Under the pieces are notes generated by a model. That model did not search any database and had not been told where the DNA came from. It saw nothing but the letters and a program-made list of their open reading frames with translations. From positions 1,680,001 to 1,712,000 of the forward strand of contig OZ252279.1 of the NCBI GenBank assembly GCA_965250005.1: a DNA stretch of 32,000 nucleotides, given 5' to 3'. Shown piece by piece: positions 1-8,868 of this stretch. Both the position numbers and the translations under genes were made by a program. How positions within the stretch are numbered: position 1 is the stretch's first letter; the number at the start of each line of letters is the position of its first letter. Source of the stretch: Demequinaceae bacterium. Its GTDB lineage: Bacteria > Actinomycetota > Actinomycetes > Actinomycetales > Demequinaceae.

Positions 1-1712
1 GGACCGATTCCCCGGTGTTGTCGGGAGAGGCCGTCCGCGCCGCGCGCGCCCAGGCAGCAGATCTGTACGGTGCGGAAACGGTGGCCGACAAGCCCCGCGA
101 GTACACGTCTAAGGACACCAGTGCCCAAGAGGCGCACGAAGCCATCCGACCCGCTGGCGACTCGTTCAAGACGCCCGACCAGATCAAGAGTGACCTGCGC
201 GGCGACGAATTCCGCCTTTACGACCTGATCTGGAAGCGCACGCTCGCCAGCCAAATGAAGGACGCCAAGGGCACCACTTCCACGCTGCGCATCGGCGCGA
301 CGACCGCGGCGCATCATGCTGTCGAGTTTTCCGCGTCCGGAACGATCATCACGTTCCTCGGCTTCCTCGCGGCCTATGAGGAATCCAAAGACAAGTCGCG
401 GTACGACGACGACGACGCGCCAGCCGCCAAGAACAAGGACGACTCGCGCCTGCCCCAACTGGAGCAGGGCGCTGCCGTGACAGCGGCCGAGCTCGAGCCA
501 GTCACGCACGCGACAACGCCGCCCCCGCGTTTCACGCAGGGCTCCATGATCAAGGAACTTGAGGACCGCAAGTTCGGGCGCCCGTCTACGTACGCGGCGA
601 CCGTGGACCTCGTCATCGCGCGCGAGTACGTTCGCGTAGACAAGCAGGCGCTCGTTCCCGAGTGGATCGCATTCTCGATTGTGGGCCTCCTTGAGAAGCA
701 CTTCGACTGGCTGATCGACTACGACTTCACCGCCGACATGGAGGCGGGCCTCGACCGCATCGCGGCCGGCGAACTCGCATCTGTTGACTGGCTCGGCAAG
801 TTCTACCTGGGCGAAGGAACGGACGAGCACGGCCGCGGCGAGGGCCTAAAGCACTTGGTCGAGGACTTGGGCGACATTGACGCCCGCGCCATCAACACAT
901 TCGAGATTGGCGAGGGCATTGACCTGCGCGTCGGCCGCTTTGGGCCGTATGTGGAGCGCCTAGTGGATGGCGAGCCGCAGCGCGCGTCGGTCCCTCCGGA
1001 CATGGCCCCCGACGAGTTGAACGTGAAGAACGCGATCGAAATGCTCGAGACTCAGGGTCAGGACGAGCGCGAGCTTGGCACCCATCCCGAGACCGAACTG
1101 CCGATTATCGCGAAGGCCGGACGCTTCGGCCCCTACGTCACCGAGGTGCTTCCCGAGGACTCCAAGGCGAAGCCCAAGACCGCCTCGCTGTTCAAGTCGA
1201 TGCAGCTGGAGACGCTCACACTCGAGGACGCGGTAGTTCTCATGTCCTTGCCGCGTGTGGTGGGCCGGGACCCGGAGTCCGAGGATGACATCACCGCGCA
1301 GAATGGCCGCTACGGCCCGTACCTGAAGAAGGGCACGGACTCGCGTTCGCTAGAGACCGAGGAGCAGCTGCTGACGGTGACTCTTGAGGAAGCGCTCGCG
1401 ATCTACGCGCAGCCCAAGCGCGGCCGTGGGCGTCCCGTGGCCCCGCCGCTCAAGGAATTGGGCGTGGACCCAAGTAACGAGAAGCCGATAGTCATCAAGG
1501 CCGGCCGCTTTGGTGAGTACATCACCGACGGCGAAACCAACGTGACGATTCCGCGTGGCGAGACTGTCGAAGAGATGGATCACGAGCGCGCGGTCGAACT
1601 GCTCGCCGACAAGCGCGCCAAAGGGCCGGCGAAGAAGAAGCGCCGCGCTCCGGCGAAGAAGAAGCCTGCCGTAAAGAAGGCTGCCGCGAAGAAAGCGGCG
1701 CCCAAGGAGTAG
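1..1712 (+). CDS. topA: DNA topoisomerase I, C-terminal part (5' truncated by window edge)
   Basis: Frame is open from base 3 (TDSPVLSGEAVRAARAQAADLYG), so the GTG at 15 is not the real start. Has TopA core (SAQEAHEAIRP, FGRPSTYA), several GRFGPYV/GRYGPYLKKG C-terminal repeats and a Lys/Ala-rich tail typical of actinobacterial TopA. Confidence 0.97.
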   Translation, partial: TDSPVLSGEAVRAARAQAADLYGAETVADKPREYTSKDTSAQEAHEAIRPAGDSFKTPDQIKSDLRGDEFRLYDLIWKRTLASQMKDAKGTTSTLRIGATTAAHHAVEFSASGTIITFLGFLAAYEESKDKSRYDDDDAPAAKNKDDSRLPQLEQGAAVTAAELEPVTHATTPPPRFTQGSMIKELEDRKFGRPSTYAATVDLVIAREYVRVDKQALVPEWIAFSIVGLLEKHFDWLIDYDFTADMEAGLDRIAAGELASVDWLGKFYLGEGTDEHGRGEGLKHLVEDLGDIDARAINTFEIGEGIDLRVGRFGPYVERLVDGEPQRASVPPDMAPDELNVKNAIEMLETQGQDERELGTHPETELPIIAKAGRFGPYVTEVLPEDSKAKPKTASLFKSMQLETLTLEDAVVLMSLPRVVGRDPESEDDITAQNGRYGPYLKKGTDSRSLETEEQLLTVTLEEALAIYAQPKRGRGRPVAPPLKELGVDPSNEKPIVIKAGRFGEYITDGETNVTIPRGETVEEMDHERAVELLADKRAKGPAKKKRRAPAKKKPAVKKAAAKKAAPKE

Positions 1713-1852
1713 GGGCGCCGAAGACGCAACGTACCGTCCCGTTGGCCTCACTCCACCCCCGAGGACTGTGGGGCGGCGTATGTATTGTTCTCAGCAAACT
1801 CCCAGGGTGCCGTGGTCTAGTTTCACTAGGCCCGCAACCGATGGAGGCGCAC

Positions 1853-2836
1853 ATGCAGAAGTTTTCGCCCGTGAAACGCCGGGCGCCATCGCCTCGGCGC
1901 GCACGCCGTCGCGCGGTCGCCGTTGGGTATGCAGCGATCACGGTGGTCGTTTTTGCCGCAGGTTGCGGCGCAGTCCAGTCCGCCGCGTCAGCGTCCGAGC
2001 CGACGGGAACTGATGCGGTAGCCACCGTCGACGAACACGACGAGACTACGCACGGCGACAACACCGAGTGCTTCGAAGCCGTCGACCATGCGACGTCGTT
2101 CTGCACGGACGAGCTACTGGTGATCGAGTCTGATGGGCTTCCGTACCACCTCGTCATGGTGGGAGTCGACGAAGGCGGATGGAACGGCCAGTGGCCCGAG
2201 GCACAGGATTACACGGGCGACAACGCGTTCGAGTTACCGTTGTGGCCCAGCTTGCTTGAGAACCCCGTGATCATTGTTCGCAACGCGGCTGGCGTCGCCG
2301 CGAATGGCGTCCCAATCTTCCTTCCGCAGTCACCCGGCAAACTGGGCAGCGCCGAGTGCCTCGACATCGAGCTCTTGGGAGAGTACGAGGCACAGGGCGA
2401 GTGCGTGCGCGACCCGGTGGTCGCTGGGGAAATGGACGATTGCGGCGGGCACACGGGTCGCGGGAACGACTACCACTACCACTCCGCGCCCACGTGCCTG
2501 CTTGAGACGCTGAGTGCCGACGCGATAGCCGGGTTCATGATGGATGGCGTGGCGATCTATGCTGAGCCGATCGAAGGCTCGACGGCGTACAACTCGTGCG
2601 GCGGCTATGTGTCGCCCGACGGGGAAGTGCACTACGCGTTCACCGCTGCATATCCCTACGTTACTAACTGCCTGATCGGCGGATTTGATGAAGGCCCCCG
2701 GACCTCCGGTAGCGACGTATACACCGGCGGCTTCAGCCACACCGAGCTCGGCGGAATCATCGGGTACTCGACGGACGGCGACTGCCACGTCATGGAATTC
2801 GCCTCGGGCCGCGTGCTCGAGTACTGCCACAGCTAG
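1853..2836 (+). CDS. YHYH-motif-containing putative lipoprotein
   Basis: ORF track starts at 1742, but ATG 1853 has a GGAGG 5-6 nt upstream. Signal peptide with lipobox (VVVFAAGC); CGGHTGRGNDYHYHSAPTC matches the YHYH family motif. Confidence 0.8.
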   Translation: MQKFSPVKRRAPSPRRARRRAVAVGYAAITVVVFAAGCGAVQSAASASEPTGTDAVATVDEHDETTHGDNTECFEAVDHATSFCTDELLVIESDGLPYHLVMVGVDEGGWNGQWPEAQDYTGDNAFELPLWPSLLENPVIIVRNAAGVAANGVPIFLPQSPGKLGSAECLDIELLGEYEAQGECVRDPVVAGEMDDCGGHTGRGNDYHYHSAPTCLLETLSADAIAGFMMDGVAIYAEPIEGSTAYNSCGGYVSPDGEVHYAFTAAYPYVTNCLIGGFDEGPRTSGSDVYTGGFSHTELGGIIGYSTDGDCHVMEFASGRVLEYCHS

Positions 2837-2848
2837 CAAGGAGACCTC

Positions 2849-3577
2849 ATGCCCGACGCACATTTCATCGGCGCAGCCACCGCGTTGGCGTTGATTCTTA
2901 CCGGTTGCGCGAGCGTGACGGATGGCACAGTTCAACCGACGGGTGGCGGTGCTGCCGACGCCCCCTCCGATACGGACGCCTCCTCGAACGGCGAGCAAGC
3001 ATTCCGCGTCGACGTCTGGGCGGACAACTGGTTTTCCGTGAGCGTCAACGGCGAACGCGTCGGAGAGGACTCAGTTTCGATCACCACCGAGCGGTCGTTC
3101 AACGCCGAGTCGTTCACGTTCGATGCTAGGTACCCGCTCACGGTGGCCTTCGTGGCCAAGGATTTCAAGGAGGACGACACGGGACTCGAGTACATCGGTA
3201 CCGACCGTCAGCAAATGGGTGACGGCGGCATCATCTTCCAGATCGTTGACCTCGCTACGGGCGATGTGATCGCGGCGAGCGATGGCGCGTGGCAGGTGCT
3301 CGTCACGCACGCAGCGCCTCTCGACAAATCGTGCGAGAAGTCCGGCAACCCCACGGTGGACTGTGAGTTTTCCACGACCGCTACGCCAGCAGACTGGGAC
3401 CAACGGGGATTCGACACGTCGGGCTGGGATGCTGCAACATTGTGGAGCGAGGGCGCCGTTGGACCCAAGGACGGCTATGACAAAATCTCGTGGGATGCCT
3501 CAGCGAATCTGATCTGGGGAGGTGACTTGGAGACCGACAACACCATTCTTTTGGTCGCTCAGATCGCGGCGCCGTAG
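2849..3577 (+). CDS. Putative secreted lipoprotein, hypothetical
   Basis: AAGGAG ribosome-binding site before ATG 2849; lipobox (ALALILTGC); 12 bp after the YHYH gene, likely co-transcribed. No firm family recognised. Confidence 0.7.
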   Translation: MPDAHFIGAATALALILTGCASVTDGTVQPTGGGAADAPSDTDASSNGEQAFRVDVWADNWFSVSVNGERVGEDSVSITTERSFNAESFTFDARYPLTVAFVAKDFKEDDTGLEYIGTDRQQMGDGGIIFQIVDLATGDVIAASDGAWQVLVTHAAPLDKSCEKSGNPTVDCEFSTTATPADWDQRGFDTSGWDAATLWSEGAVGPKDGYDKISWDASANLIWGGDLETDNTILLVAQIAAP

Positions 3578-3619
3578 GGCGCGAAGCGGTCTGTGTGCGC
3601 CCAGAGGTAGCGTGGTGCT

Positions 3620-4621
3620 GTGACTCAGAAAATGCCGGAGCCCATGTACGCGCCCGCCATTCGCTGGGGGATTCTCGGAGCAGGCGCAATCGCCCGCACA
3701 TTTGCCGACGCGATCACCAATCACACCCAATCAACCCTCGCGGCAGTGGGCGCACGCGAACTTGCGCGCGCCGAGGCTTTTTCCCAGGAGTTTGGAGCGG
3801 AGAAGGCCCACGGCTCGTACGAGGAACTCGCGGCAGACTCGGACATTGACGCGATTTACGTGGCGACCCCGCACAGCCACCACCACGATCATGCGTTGAT
3901 TGCCATCGCCGGAGGCAAGCACATTCTGGTCGAGAAGTCGTTTACGCGCAACGCCCGCGAGGCGAACGCTGTGTTTGATGCGGCCGAAGAGGCCGGGGTC
4001 TTCTGTATGGAGGCGATGTTGACGCGGTTCCTGCCGTCCATGCAGGGGATCAAGCGCGTAGTGGACAGCGGCGAGATTGGTCGAGTGATCTTGGTTGAGG
4101 CGGATCTCGGCCAGCCCATCGCCCACGTGGCGCGCATGAAGGACCGCGAACTCGCGGGCGGCGCGCTCCTAGATCTGGGCGTGTATGCGATCTCGTTTGC
4201 GCACTACATTCTGGGTGTGCCCAACACCGTGACCGCGGTGGGTCAACTCACCGACGAGGGCGTAGACGGCCAAGTGGCAATGGTGCTCGACTATGGCGAT
4301 GAGGGGCAGGCAGTGCTCCACACAACTATGTGGGCACGTACCCCATGCCGCGCGGTCATCGCGGGAACCAAGGGTCGCATCGAGATCGACGGCGGTTTCC
4401 CCGTACCCACGTCTTACCGCGTGATTCTGCAAACCGGAGAGTCGCGCGAGATTGACGGCCGGGCAGAAAACTGGCTCCAGTACGAGGCAGCCGAAGTCGC
4501 TCGCCGAATCGCCGTCAAGTCCACACAATCCGACGTTCTCACGCGCGAGGATACCGTAGCGATCATGCGCACGATGGATGAGGTCCGCGCACACATTGGC
4601 GTCGTGTTTCCGGGCGAGTAG
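3620..4621 (+). CDS. Gfo/Idh/MocA family oxidoreductase
   Basis: N-terminal Rossmann motif (RWGILGAGAIARTFADAI), VATPHSHHHDHALIAIAGGKHILVEKSFTRN. Start may be GTG 3620 or a downstream ATG. Confidence 0.9.
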   Translation: MTQKMPEPMYAPAIRWGILGAGAIARTFADAITNHTQSTLAAVGARELARAEAFSQEFGAEKAHGSYEELAADSDIDAIYVATPHSHHHDHALIAIAGGKHILVEKSFTRNAREANAVFDAAEEAGVFCMEAMLTRFLPSMQGIKRVVDSGEIGRVILVEADLGQPIAHVARMKDRELAGGALLDLGVYAISFAHYILGVPNTVTAVGQLTDEGVDGQVAMVLDYGDEGQAVLHTTMWARTPCRAVIAGTKGRIEIDGGFPVPTSYRVILQTGESREIDGRAENWLQYEAAEVARRIAVKSTQSDVLTREDTVAIMRTMDEVRAHIGVVFPGE

Positions 4622-4669
4622 GGGCCAGGCCGCGCGGGAATCGTCGCACCGTGCCGGTAGCGTAGGGGC

Positions 4670-5302
4670 ATGACCTCGCGCGGACTCTTTGTTGTTGTCG
4701 AAGGAGGCGACGGCGTCGGCAAATCGACTCAGCAGACCCTCCTCGTCGAATGGCTTCGGGGTGCCGACGGCGGCGCGCGCCAGGTAGTCGAAACCTGCGA
4801 ACCCGGAGGAACAGAACTGGGGATCGAGCTTCGCCAGGCGATCATGCACGGGGGCCACGTGGCGCCGCGTGCCGAGGCCCTGCTTTACGCTGCGGACCGC
4901 GCCCACCACATCGCCACAAAGGTGAGGCCCGCGCTTGAGCGAGGCGATATCGTGCTCCAGGATCGCTACGTCGATTCGTCAATCGTCTACCAAGGCGGCG
5001 CGCGCGGACTAGGGGACCAGATCGGGGAAATCTCTCGATGGGCGACAGAGGGACTTGTTCCGGACCTCACCGTGCTGCTCGACATGGCACCCGCCGAGCA
5101 CCGAATGGACCGAAATCTAGACAGGGTCGAGGCCGAGACCGCCCAGCACGCCGCTCAGATCCGCGCCAACTACCTCGCGCTCGCGGGCGCGGATCCCGAT
5201 CGATACGCCGTCATTGATGCCGCGCGCGACGTGGCCGACGTTCAGGTCGATGTGCGCGCCGCGGTCGCCGCAGCACTCAGTGCTCACGGTGACGAGCAGT
5301 AG
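4670..5302 (+). CDS. tmk: Thymidylate kinase
   Basis: FVVVEGGDGVGKSTQ P-loop, DRYVDSSIVYQGGARGLG, 210 aa. Confidence 0.95.
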   Translation: MTSRGLFVVVEGGDGVGKSTQQTLLVEWLRGADGGARQVVETCEPGGTELGIELRQAIMHGGHVAPRAEALLYAADRAHHIATKVRPALERGDIVLQDRYVDSSIVYQGGARGLGDQIGEISRWATEGLVPDLTVLLDMAPAEHRMDRNLDRVEAETAQHAAQIRANYLALAGADPDRYAVIDAARDVADVQVDVRAAVAAALSAHGDEQ

Positions 5303-5305
5303 CGC

Positions 5306-6460
5306 ATGAGTGTCTGGGACCAAGTGGTGGGCCAGGGTGACGCTGTCGCTCCGCTGCGCGCTGCAGTCGCTGACCCGACGGCGATGACCCATGCCTGGCT
5401 CATTATCGGCCCGCCGGGATCGGGGCGCTCCATTGCCGCACGCGCGTTTGCCGCTGCCCTGCAGTGCAAACTGGGTGGTTGCGCGCAGTGTCGCGCCTGC
5501 GTCACCGCGATCGATGGCGCGCACCCCGACGTCACACTCGTGGCTACGGACAAAGTCACCATCTCCGTGGACGAGGTGCGCGCACTCGTGAGCGCGGCTC
5601 AGAGCGCCCCAAGCGACGGGCGATGGCGAGTTATCGTAATCGAAGACGCCGATCGCATGACCGAGCGGACCTCGAACGTGCTCCTCAAGTCCATCGAAGA
5701 ACCACCTCCGCGCACGGTCTGGGTGCTGTGCGCGCCTAGCGCACAAGACGTCACTATCACCATCCGATCGCGATGCCGCCCCGTCGCCTTGCACATTCCC
5801 GACGCGCAGGTGGTGGCGCAGCTGCTTGTCGAGCGTGACGGGGTAGACCCGGATCTCGCCATCGAGTGCGCGCTCGCCGCGCAGAGCCACATAGGAGTGG
5901 CTCGCAGGCTCGCAAGAGTTCCCGAGGCGCGCGCCCGGCGGTCCCAGGTGCTTGCGCTCGCCACCGAGATCCGCGGCGTCGGTGACGCGATCCTTGCCGC
6001 AGCAGACCTCGCGAGTGTGGCCGAGAAAGATGCGAAAGCCGCGACAGAGGAGCGTGATGCGACGGAGAAAGCTTCGCTGTTGGCTGTCCTCGGGGTGGCG
6101 GAAGGCGGGCGACTCCCGCCAACGCTTCGCGCACAAGTGCGACAGCTTGAGGAAGACCAGAAGCGTCGTGCGACCCGACATAAGCGCGACGTGGTTGATA
6201 GGGCGCTGCTGGACTTGCTGTCGCTCTACCGAGATGTCGCTGCAATGCAGATCGGTGCAGACGTCCCGCTCGTCAATGAATCGCACAGCGGTCACGTGCA
6301 GGCACTCGCTGCCCAGTCAACGCTCGCGCACACCGTCGCGCGCATGGATGCAATCGGAACGGCCCGCGAGAGGCTCGCAGGAAACGTCGCGCCAGTCCTC
6401 GCACTCGAGGCCATGGCGCTCGCTCTACGTCCCGTGCCCGCACTACGTCAGTTAGCGTAG
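5306..6460 (+). CDS. holB: DNA polymerase III subunit delta'
   Basis: WLIIGPPGSGRSIAARAFAAALQC...GCAQCRAC zinc-module cysteines, SNVLLKSIEEPPPRTVWVLCA; directly follows tmk. Confidence 0.93.
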   Translation: MSVWDQVVGQGDAVAPLRAAVADPTAMTHAWLIIGPPGSGRSIAARAFAAALQCKLGGCAQCRACVTAIDGAHPDVTLVATDKVTISVDEVRALVSAAQSAPSDGRWRVIVIEDADRMTERTSNVLLKSIEEPPPRTVWVLCAPSAQDVTITIRSRCRPVALHIPDAQVVAQLLVERDGVDPDLAIECALAAQSHIGVARRLARVPEARARRSQVLALATEIRGVGDAILAAADLASVAEKDAKAATEERDATEKASLLAVLGVAEGGRLPPTLRAQVRQLEEDQKRRATRHKRDVVDRALLDLLSLYRDVAAMQIGADVPLVNESHSGHVQALAAQSTLAHTVARMDAIGTARERLAGNVAPVLALEAMALALRPVPALRQLA

Positions 6461-6464
6461 AGCC

Positions 6465-8009
6465 ATGAGTCCCCACCGCCGCACTGCCGCGCTCGCGTTC
6501 ACATTAGGCGCCGCCCTTTTGCTTTCTGCGTGCCTGCCCAGCCTGGAACAGGTGTCTCCCGACGACGCCCTCCCGTGGCCTGGGGGAGACATGGAAGAGA
6601 CCGGTGGCGACCCGGACACTTCACGCGTGTACGGGCAGACAGTGGAGTGGAGCGAATGCGGTGCTTTGGAGTGCTCCACCATCGTGGTGCCGCTCGATTG
6701 GTCGAACCCGAATGGGCAGACCATCACGCTCGCGATCAATCGGTTTCGCGCAGGCGACCAAGGCAATCGGCTCGGTACCGTTGTGATCAATCCCGGCGGA
6801 CCTGGGGGCTCGGGACTTGAACTCACCGAGTATTTTTCGTCGTTCGCTGGCGAGCGGTTGCTGGAGCATTACGACATCGTGGGCTTCGACCCGCGCGGCG
6901 TCGGCCAGTCGTCGCCGGTCAATTGTGGCGACGCGGACGAACTGAACGCGTTCTTCCTATCGGACAGTTTCGCCACGACGTCAGCGGAGATCGACCAGCA
7001 GATTGCTACCAACGAAGCGTTCGCCTCGCGGTGCCGAGAGCTCACAGGGCCCCTTATCGCAAACGTTGACACCGCGTCGGCTGCGCGGGACATGGATGTG
7101 ATCCGCGCTCTTGTCGGCGACGAAGAGCTGCACTACCTTGGATTCTCCTACGGCTCACAGTTGGGCGCGACGTATGCAGTTCTGTATCCCCAGAATGTGG
7201 GTCACCTGGTACTCGACGGCGCCGTGGACTTCCTGCTGCCGCCTGAGGAGCTTTCCGAGACACAAGCTTCTGGCTTCGAACTAGCCCTCGAGAACTACAT
7301 TGCCGACTGCATCAGCGGCGACGAGTGCCCGCTTCCTAGCGACCCCACTCTGTCCAAGCGCCTCATCCGAGACGTCATCATCGAGGCGCGCGACCAGGGA
7401 ATTCCGACGGACGGCGAAGACCTCAACGGCACTCTCATGATTTACGGCATTGTCGTGACGCTCTACGACGAAGCCAGCTGGCCGTACCTGTCTGAGGCGC
7501 TTGACGAGACCATCAATTCAGGAACCGGCAGGGACTTCCTCCAGCTGGCGAACTTCTATCTGGACCGCAACACTGCTGGCGAATACTTGACCAATTCCAC
7601 CGAAGCTTTCAACGCGATCAGTTGCCTCGACGAGCCCGATCAGCCTGCCTGGACCATCGAGGAACTCCGCGCGTATCAGCGTGATTCGAACAAGAGTTCA
7701 CCCACCTTTGGATGGTGGTTCTCGGGCACTGTCGGCTGCGATGGCTGGCCATGGACGGCGAAAGAGATCATCGATGACATCACGCCGGCGACAATGGCGG
7801 GCCCCATTCTGATCATTGGCACGACTGGCGACCCGGCAACGCCGATTGAGTGGGCTGAATCCCTCTCGGAACGACTTCCGAACGGCTCGCTCCTGGTCTA
7901 CGACGGCGAGGGACACACGGCCTACGGCCGCTCGAATGACTGCATTGTCGACGCAGTTGACGCCTACTTTGTGGATGATATTGTCCCCGATTCTGGAAAG
8001 CAGTGCTGA
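6465..8009 (+). CDS. Secreted alpha/beta hydrolase (TAP-like / tripeptidyl aminopeptidase family), putative lipoprotein
   Basis: Lipobox LLLSAC, GGPGGSG oxyanion region, GFDPRGVGQSSPV, nucleophile elbow GFSYGSQLG, C-terminal GDPATPIEWAESL and GEGHTAYGR. Confidence 0.92.
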   Translation: MSPHRRTAALAFTLGAALLLSACLPSLEQVSPDDALPWPGGDMEETGGDPDTSRVYGQTVEWSECGALECSTIVVPLDWSNPNGQTITLAINRFRAGDQGNRLGTVVINPGGPGGSGLELTEYFSSFAGERLLEHYDIVGFDPRGVGQSSPVNCGDADELNAFFLSDSFATTSAEIDQQIATNEAFASRCRELTGPLIANVDTASAARDMDVIRALVGDEELHYLGFSYGSQLGATYAVLYPQNVGHLVLDGAVDFLLPPEELSETQASGFELALENYIADCISGDECPLPSDPTLSKRLIRDVIIEARDQGIPTDGEDLNGTLMIYGIVVTLYDEASWPYLSEALDETINSGTGRDFLQLANFYLDRNTAGEYLTNSTEAFNAISCLDEPDQPAWTIEELRAYQRDSNKSSPTFGWWFSGTVGCDGWPWTAKEIIDDITPATMAGPILIIGTTGDPATPIEWAESLSERLPNGSLLVYDGEGHTAYGRSNDCIVDAVDAYFVDDIVPDSGKQC

Positions 8010-8051
8010 CCGGATAGACTCTTGCCTCGTTATCGCGCACGTCGCGAGCAC

Positions 8052-8124
8052 GCCGCCTTAGCTCAGTCGGCAGAGCGTCTCACTCGTAATGAGAAGGTCG
8101 TGGGTTCGATTCCCACAGGCGGCT
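8052..8124 (+). tRNA. tRNA-Thr (anticodon CGT)
   Basis: 73-nt cloverleaf: acceptor GCCGCCT/AGGCGGC, anticodon stem TCTCA/TGAGA with loop CTCGTAA, T-arm GTGGG-TTCGATT-CCCAC. CCA is not encoded. Confidence 0.97.
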
Positions 8125-8130
8125 CCGTCT

Positions 8131-8157
8131 GCCCCGGTCATTTGTGACCGGGGCTTT
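8131..8157 (+). terminator. Rho-independent terminator of tRNA-Thr
   Basis: Perfect 10-bp stem GCCCCGGTCA-TTTG-TGACCGGGGC followed by TTT, beginning 7 nt after the tRNA. Confidence 0.88.
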
Positions 8158-8236
8158 CTGCCTGGTGCACGCGGGAGCCGACGGCCCCCACACACGCGAA
8201 ACACGCGTAGCGTACGCTGGGGGTGGAGGATACGCC

Positions 8237-8704
8237 TTGAGCAAGACATCAACCCGCCACGGTCCTCGATTGAGGAGGTCGGTAGTCCTAGGCGTGCTCG
8301 CACTAGGCATCGCTGCGATCGCCGTGGCGTCCGCGACGCAACTCAGTGTCACGTCAAACGATCTCCAGGTAGAGAAGGAAACGCGTTGTGACGACGGCGT
8401 GCTCAGCGTCACAGTGGAGGCGGCTGGCCCCGCCGGTCCCCAGAGATCGGCGGTCGTAAGCGGATACGGATCCGCGTGTAACGGCCTCGAGTTCTTTGTT
8501 GCGGTTGAGCACAACAATGGCAGCATTATTGGCGAGGGAACGGCCACGTGCGGCCCCTCCCCGTGCACCATCGTGACGGATCGCTACAACGGCCGGCGCG
8601 TAGTTGACGCGCACGTCATGATTGATACATGGGGTGTGCCTGCTGATTGGACTGCGACTTGCTACAACCCACCCGGGCCGGTCCGGTGGCAGTGCGTCCC
8701 ATAG
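8237..8704 (+). CDS. Small secreted or membrane-anchored hypothetical protein
   Basis: The track start (GTG 8144) lies inside the tRNA terminator hairpin. TTG 8237 follows GTGGAGGA with about 6-nt spacing. N-terminal hydrophobic segment (RRSVVLGVLALGIAAIAVASA) then a predicted extracytoplasmic domain with several Cys. Confidence 0.65.
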   Translation: MSKTSTRHGPRLRRSVVLGVLALGIAAIAVASATQLSVTSNDLQVEKETRCDDGVLSVTVEAAGPAGPQRSAVVSGYGSACNGLEFFVAVEHNNGSIIGEGTATCGPSPCTIVTDRYNGRRVVDAHVMIDTWGVPADWTATCYNPPGPVRWQCVP

Positions 8705-8771
8705 GTCGCGCTGCGTGACGGCAAACTGAGCGTTCGTTTGCGGTCGGTGGTGCAGAAGTTGCACGATTCCT

Positions 8772-8813
8772 CGCAATGAGAAGATTGCGGGTTCGATTCC
8801 CTCAGGCGGCTCC
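8772..8813 (+). pseudogene. Degenerate 3' fragment / pseudo-copy of the tRNA-Thr gene
   Basis: CGCAATGAGAAGATTGCGGGTTCGATTCCCTCAGGCGGCTCC matches 8085-8126 at 37 of 42 positions. Weaker similarity extends both ways (GGTCGG...GCAGA upstream, CCG..TGCCCCGG downstream). T-stem has a mismatch and the anticodon stem is lost. Confidence 0.75.
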
Positions 8814-8868
8814 GATGCCCCGGACGTAGGTCGTCCGCGCGAGTTCGTGATTCTGAGATGATGAGCGA

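Noticed and set aside
8144-8236. 5' part of the tracked ORF starting at GTG 8144
   Set aside because: Start lies inside the tRNA-Thr terminator hairpin, with a stronger ribosome-binding site and a signal-like N-terminus at TTG 8237.
8772-8813. Functional second tRNA
   Set aside because: No acceptor 5' strand complementary to AGGCGGC, mismatched T-stem and disrupted anticodon stem; only a 3' remnant is recognisable.
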